NCBI RefSeq assembly: GCF_964355755.1
Contig: NC_092670.1
Coordinates: 39,606,388-39,670,387, forward strand
Direction: 5' to 3'
Length of the DNA stretch: 64,000 nt
Origin: Antedon mediterranea
Taxonomy: Eukaryota; Animalia; Echinodermata
The notes below the pieces were generated by a model that saw nothing but the letters and a program-made list of their open reading frames with translations, did no database searches and was not told the origin of the DNA. Below, piece by piece: positions 63,401-64,000 of the stretch (the first letter of the stretch is position 1; each line of letters opens with the position of its first letter). The position numbers and the translations under genes were made by a program.

Positions 63401-63946
63401 GAATAGTTCCTATTGAGCTATACTCAATGCTGAGAAGAACTATACTGTAGCAACAACCACACTGTGTTTTTATTATTGCTTCCACAGAGTAATTACTGCT
63501 GCAACCACAGACAGTGCTTCAGAAATACTAAACTACAGGTATATTATATTGTGAATACTACACCCAAATGGTATTACAGCAAATGATATACTGCTGTGAC
63601 CAAAGAAGTCTATGCAGCTATAACAGCAGTATTACAGCAGAAAAAGACAATTTCTGCCAAAAAAAAGTTAATTTCTCAAACAAAATGATTGTCTCACCTT
63701 TAATAGTAACTGAGAAATTGCAGGTAGTGTTAACATTGCCGGCAGGATCAGTAGCATTGAACATAACATCAGTTGTGCCAATTGGAAAGGTTGCTCCAGA
63801 TTTATGAGAACCATCTATCATAACAGTCAGCAGAGAATTATCAACAGCAGTTACATTTGGCCAGGTGACTATAGCAGTTGGGAGACCAGGATTGGTTTCA
63901 TTCGTAATGTCACTCGGGCAACTTGTAAACTCTGGAGGCTCCATGT
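33961..63946 (-). CDS. Giant HYR-repeat adhesion GPCR (5' end beyond the window): >=42 HYR - EGF - Ig - SEA - HormR-like - GAIN/GPS - 7TM
   Basis: About 56 exons with canonical or GC-AG splice sites. The 14 non-HYR exons (41031-41144, 40594-40857, 40006-40118, 39503-39710, 39158-39259, 38785-38909, 38309-38455, 37658-38015, 37076-37251, 36730-36897, 36324-36439, 35356-35618, 34832-34901, 33961-34576) sum to 2,840 nt and stay in frame to TAG at 33961. Over 4,400 aa lie in the window. Confidence 0.9.
35015..35218 (-). mobile_element. tRNA-derived SINE, second family (copies at ~38530-38745 minus and ~53505-53600 plus)
   Basis: Head GTGGAGCTGTAGCTTGGTGGTTAACGTGCTTGCC with a B-box region, and shared body CTGTAATTGGCGAGTTTGTGCT..CTGTTGGAT..ATGAAATAA. 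Confidence 0.7.
35714..35747 (-). ncRNA. Minimal hammerhead ribozyme motif (Penelope remnant) in a GPCR intron
   Basis: Minus strand CTGAGGA-C-GCTCAA-ATCATA-TTGATC-GAAAC-GTC. Stem II has one mismatch. Confidence 0.5.
36730..38909 (-). CDS. GAIN domain exons with GPS autoproteolysis motif
   Basis: CVFWDF....GGWSSDGC........CQCDHL|TNFAVLM in exon 36730-36897. Upstream helical GAIN-A and beta GAIN-B exons include VITVVYNDSSLF and GQVISLSI...NLPEPI. Confidence 0.92.
36866..37058. repeat. ~47-52-bp tandem repeat (x4) spanning the GPS exon acceptor
   Basis: Unit ACACAGGTGGTCTCATTATTATTCATGGATATCTACATACAAGAAAA. Confidence 0.85.
39158..41144 (-). CDS. EGF, Ig-like, SEA and hormone-binding-like domain exons
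   Basis: EGF CTSNPCMNGGTC......CKCPILYEGDIC (41031-41144). Ig FHCNI...WRWYKD...DNQGYYYC (40594-40857). SEA LTYNSALAD.MSEEFK...VRKLSSGSVIADV (39503-40118). Cys-rich ERC...FC.. module (38785-39259). Confidence 0.8.
41374..42976 (-). CDS. HYR domain exons 1-3 (membrane-proximal)
   Basis: Phase-1 exons at ~41374-41613, 41793-42035 and 42726-42976 with the pattern D.E.P...CP...VTW..P..TDNSG......F.IG...V.YTA.D..GN.A.C.F.ITV. Confidence 0.88.
44295..51708 (-). repeat. Tandem array of a two-HYR-exon unit (~700-760 bp x8, plus a ninth A exon at 51457-51708)
   Basis: A exons (252 nt, DDDEPMLTCPDNIDVALTDPGQAYST...) start near 44295, 44992, 45703, 46458, 47216, 47960, 48696, 49431 and 51457. B exons (258 nt, DKEQPVVSCPSDIDVFTTNGSNKAMVSW...) start near 44642, 45337, 46088, 46843, 47594, 48331, 49065 and 49802. 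The introns are homologous too. Confidence 0.95.
50511..50654. mobile_element. Short MITE (hAT-like)
   Basis: GTATGGGTAGATCCAA...TTGGATCCGCCCATAC imperfect TIR. TSD not resolved. Confidence 0.45.
51903..63946 (-). CDS. 22 further diverged HYR domain exons
   Basis: Each ~240-260-nt exon is flanked by AG|AT.. and ..G|GT (phase 1-1) and encodes one HYR domain, for example 52241-52483, 56222-56463 and 63698-63946. Confidence 0.88.
56753..57835. repeat. ~150-bp near-identical direct repeats (56753-56905, 57684-57835) flanking two HYR exons
   Basis: AGTGAGGAAGCACATCCTAACTTCTCC...CTTGCTCAGAATTTTTTTTTTACATT occurs twice and differs only in T-run length. Confidence 0.9.
57836..58087. repeat. 11-bp minisatellite (AATTGGTGTTT/AACTGGTGTTT)n
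   Basis: About 22 degenerate copies inside an intron. Confidence 0.9.
58619..59057. mobile_element. Kolobok-type MITE (439 bp)
   Basis: TIR AGATGTATTGTCCCTTTGA...TCAAGGGACAATACATCT with TTAA TSD (58615-58618, 59058-59061) and RR...YY termini. Confidence 0.85.
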
Positions 63947-64000
63947 CTGTAACAAAAATAATAATATAGCATTATTTCAAAGTTATTGTTTTCACTGTAA

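Overview
AT-rich eukaryotic genomic DNA from a marine invertebrate. A crinoid/echinoderm-like deuterostome is my inference from the HYR-repeat adhesion GPCR and the transposon repertoire. The left half (1-33.9 kb) is a transposon graveyard. It holds a degenerate tRNA-Val(AAC), three Helentron-type HINEs, a 1.43-kb tandem duplication, Sola-, Harbinger-, Academ-, hAT- and Kolobok-like non-autonomous elements, and Penelope remnants with minimal hammerhead ribozyme motifs. It also holds two nested Gypsy LTR retrotransposons. The inner, internally deleted Gypsy has a ComEA-like HhH Gag, a PHD-finger integrase and an intact, apparently spliced, non-env third ORF with a C2H2 finger. At 25.2-30.7 kb (minus strand) lies a decayed multi-exon Chapaev-type DDE transposase with a RAG1-like N-terminus (Chapa domain, C3HC4 RING, ZFA-like finger); no RAG2-like partner or convincing TIR pair is visible. 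The right half (33.96-64 kb, minus strand) is the 3' part of a giant adhesion GPCR gene: at least 42 one-exon-per-domain HYR repeats, then EGF, Ig, SEA, hormone-binding-like, GAIN/GPS and 7TM, over 4,400 aa within the window. It includes a young 8-fold tandem array of a two-exon unit in which a GC-AG splice donor occupies five consecutive copies. Coordinates were read by eye and may be off by a few bases. Family assignments rest on recognised motifs, not database searches.
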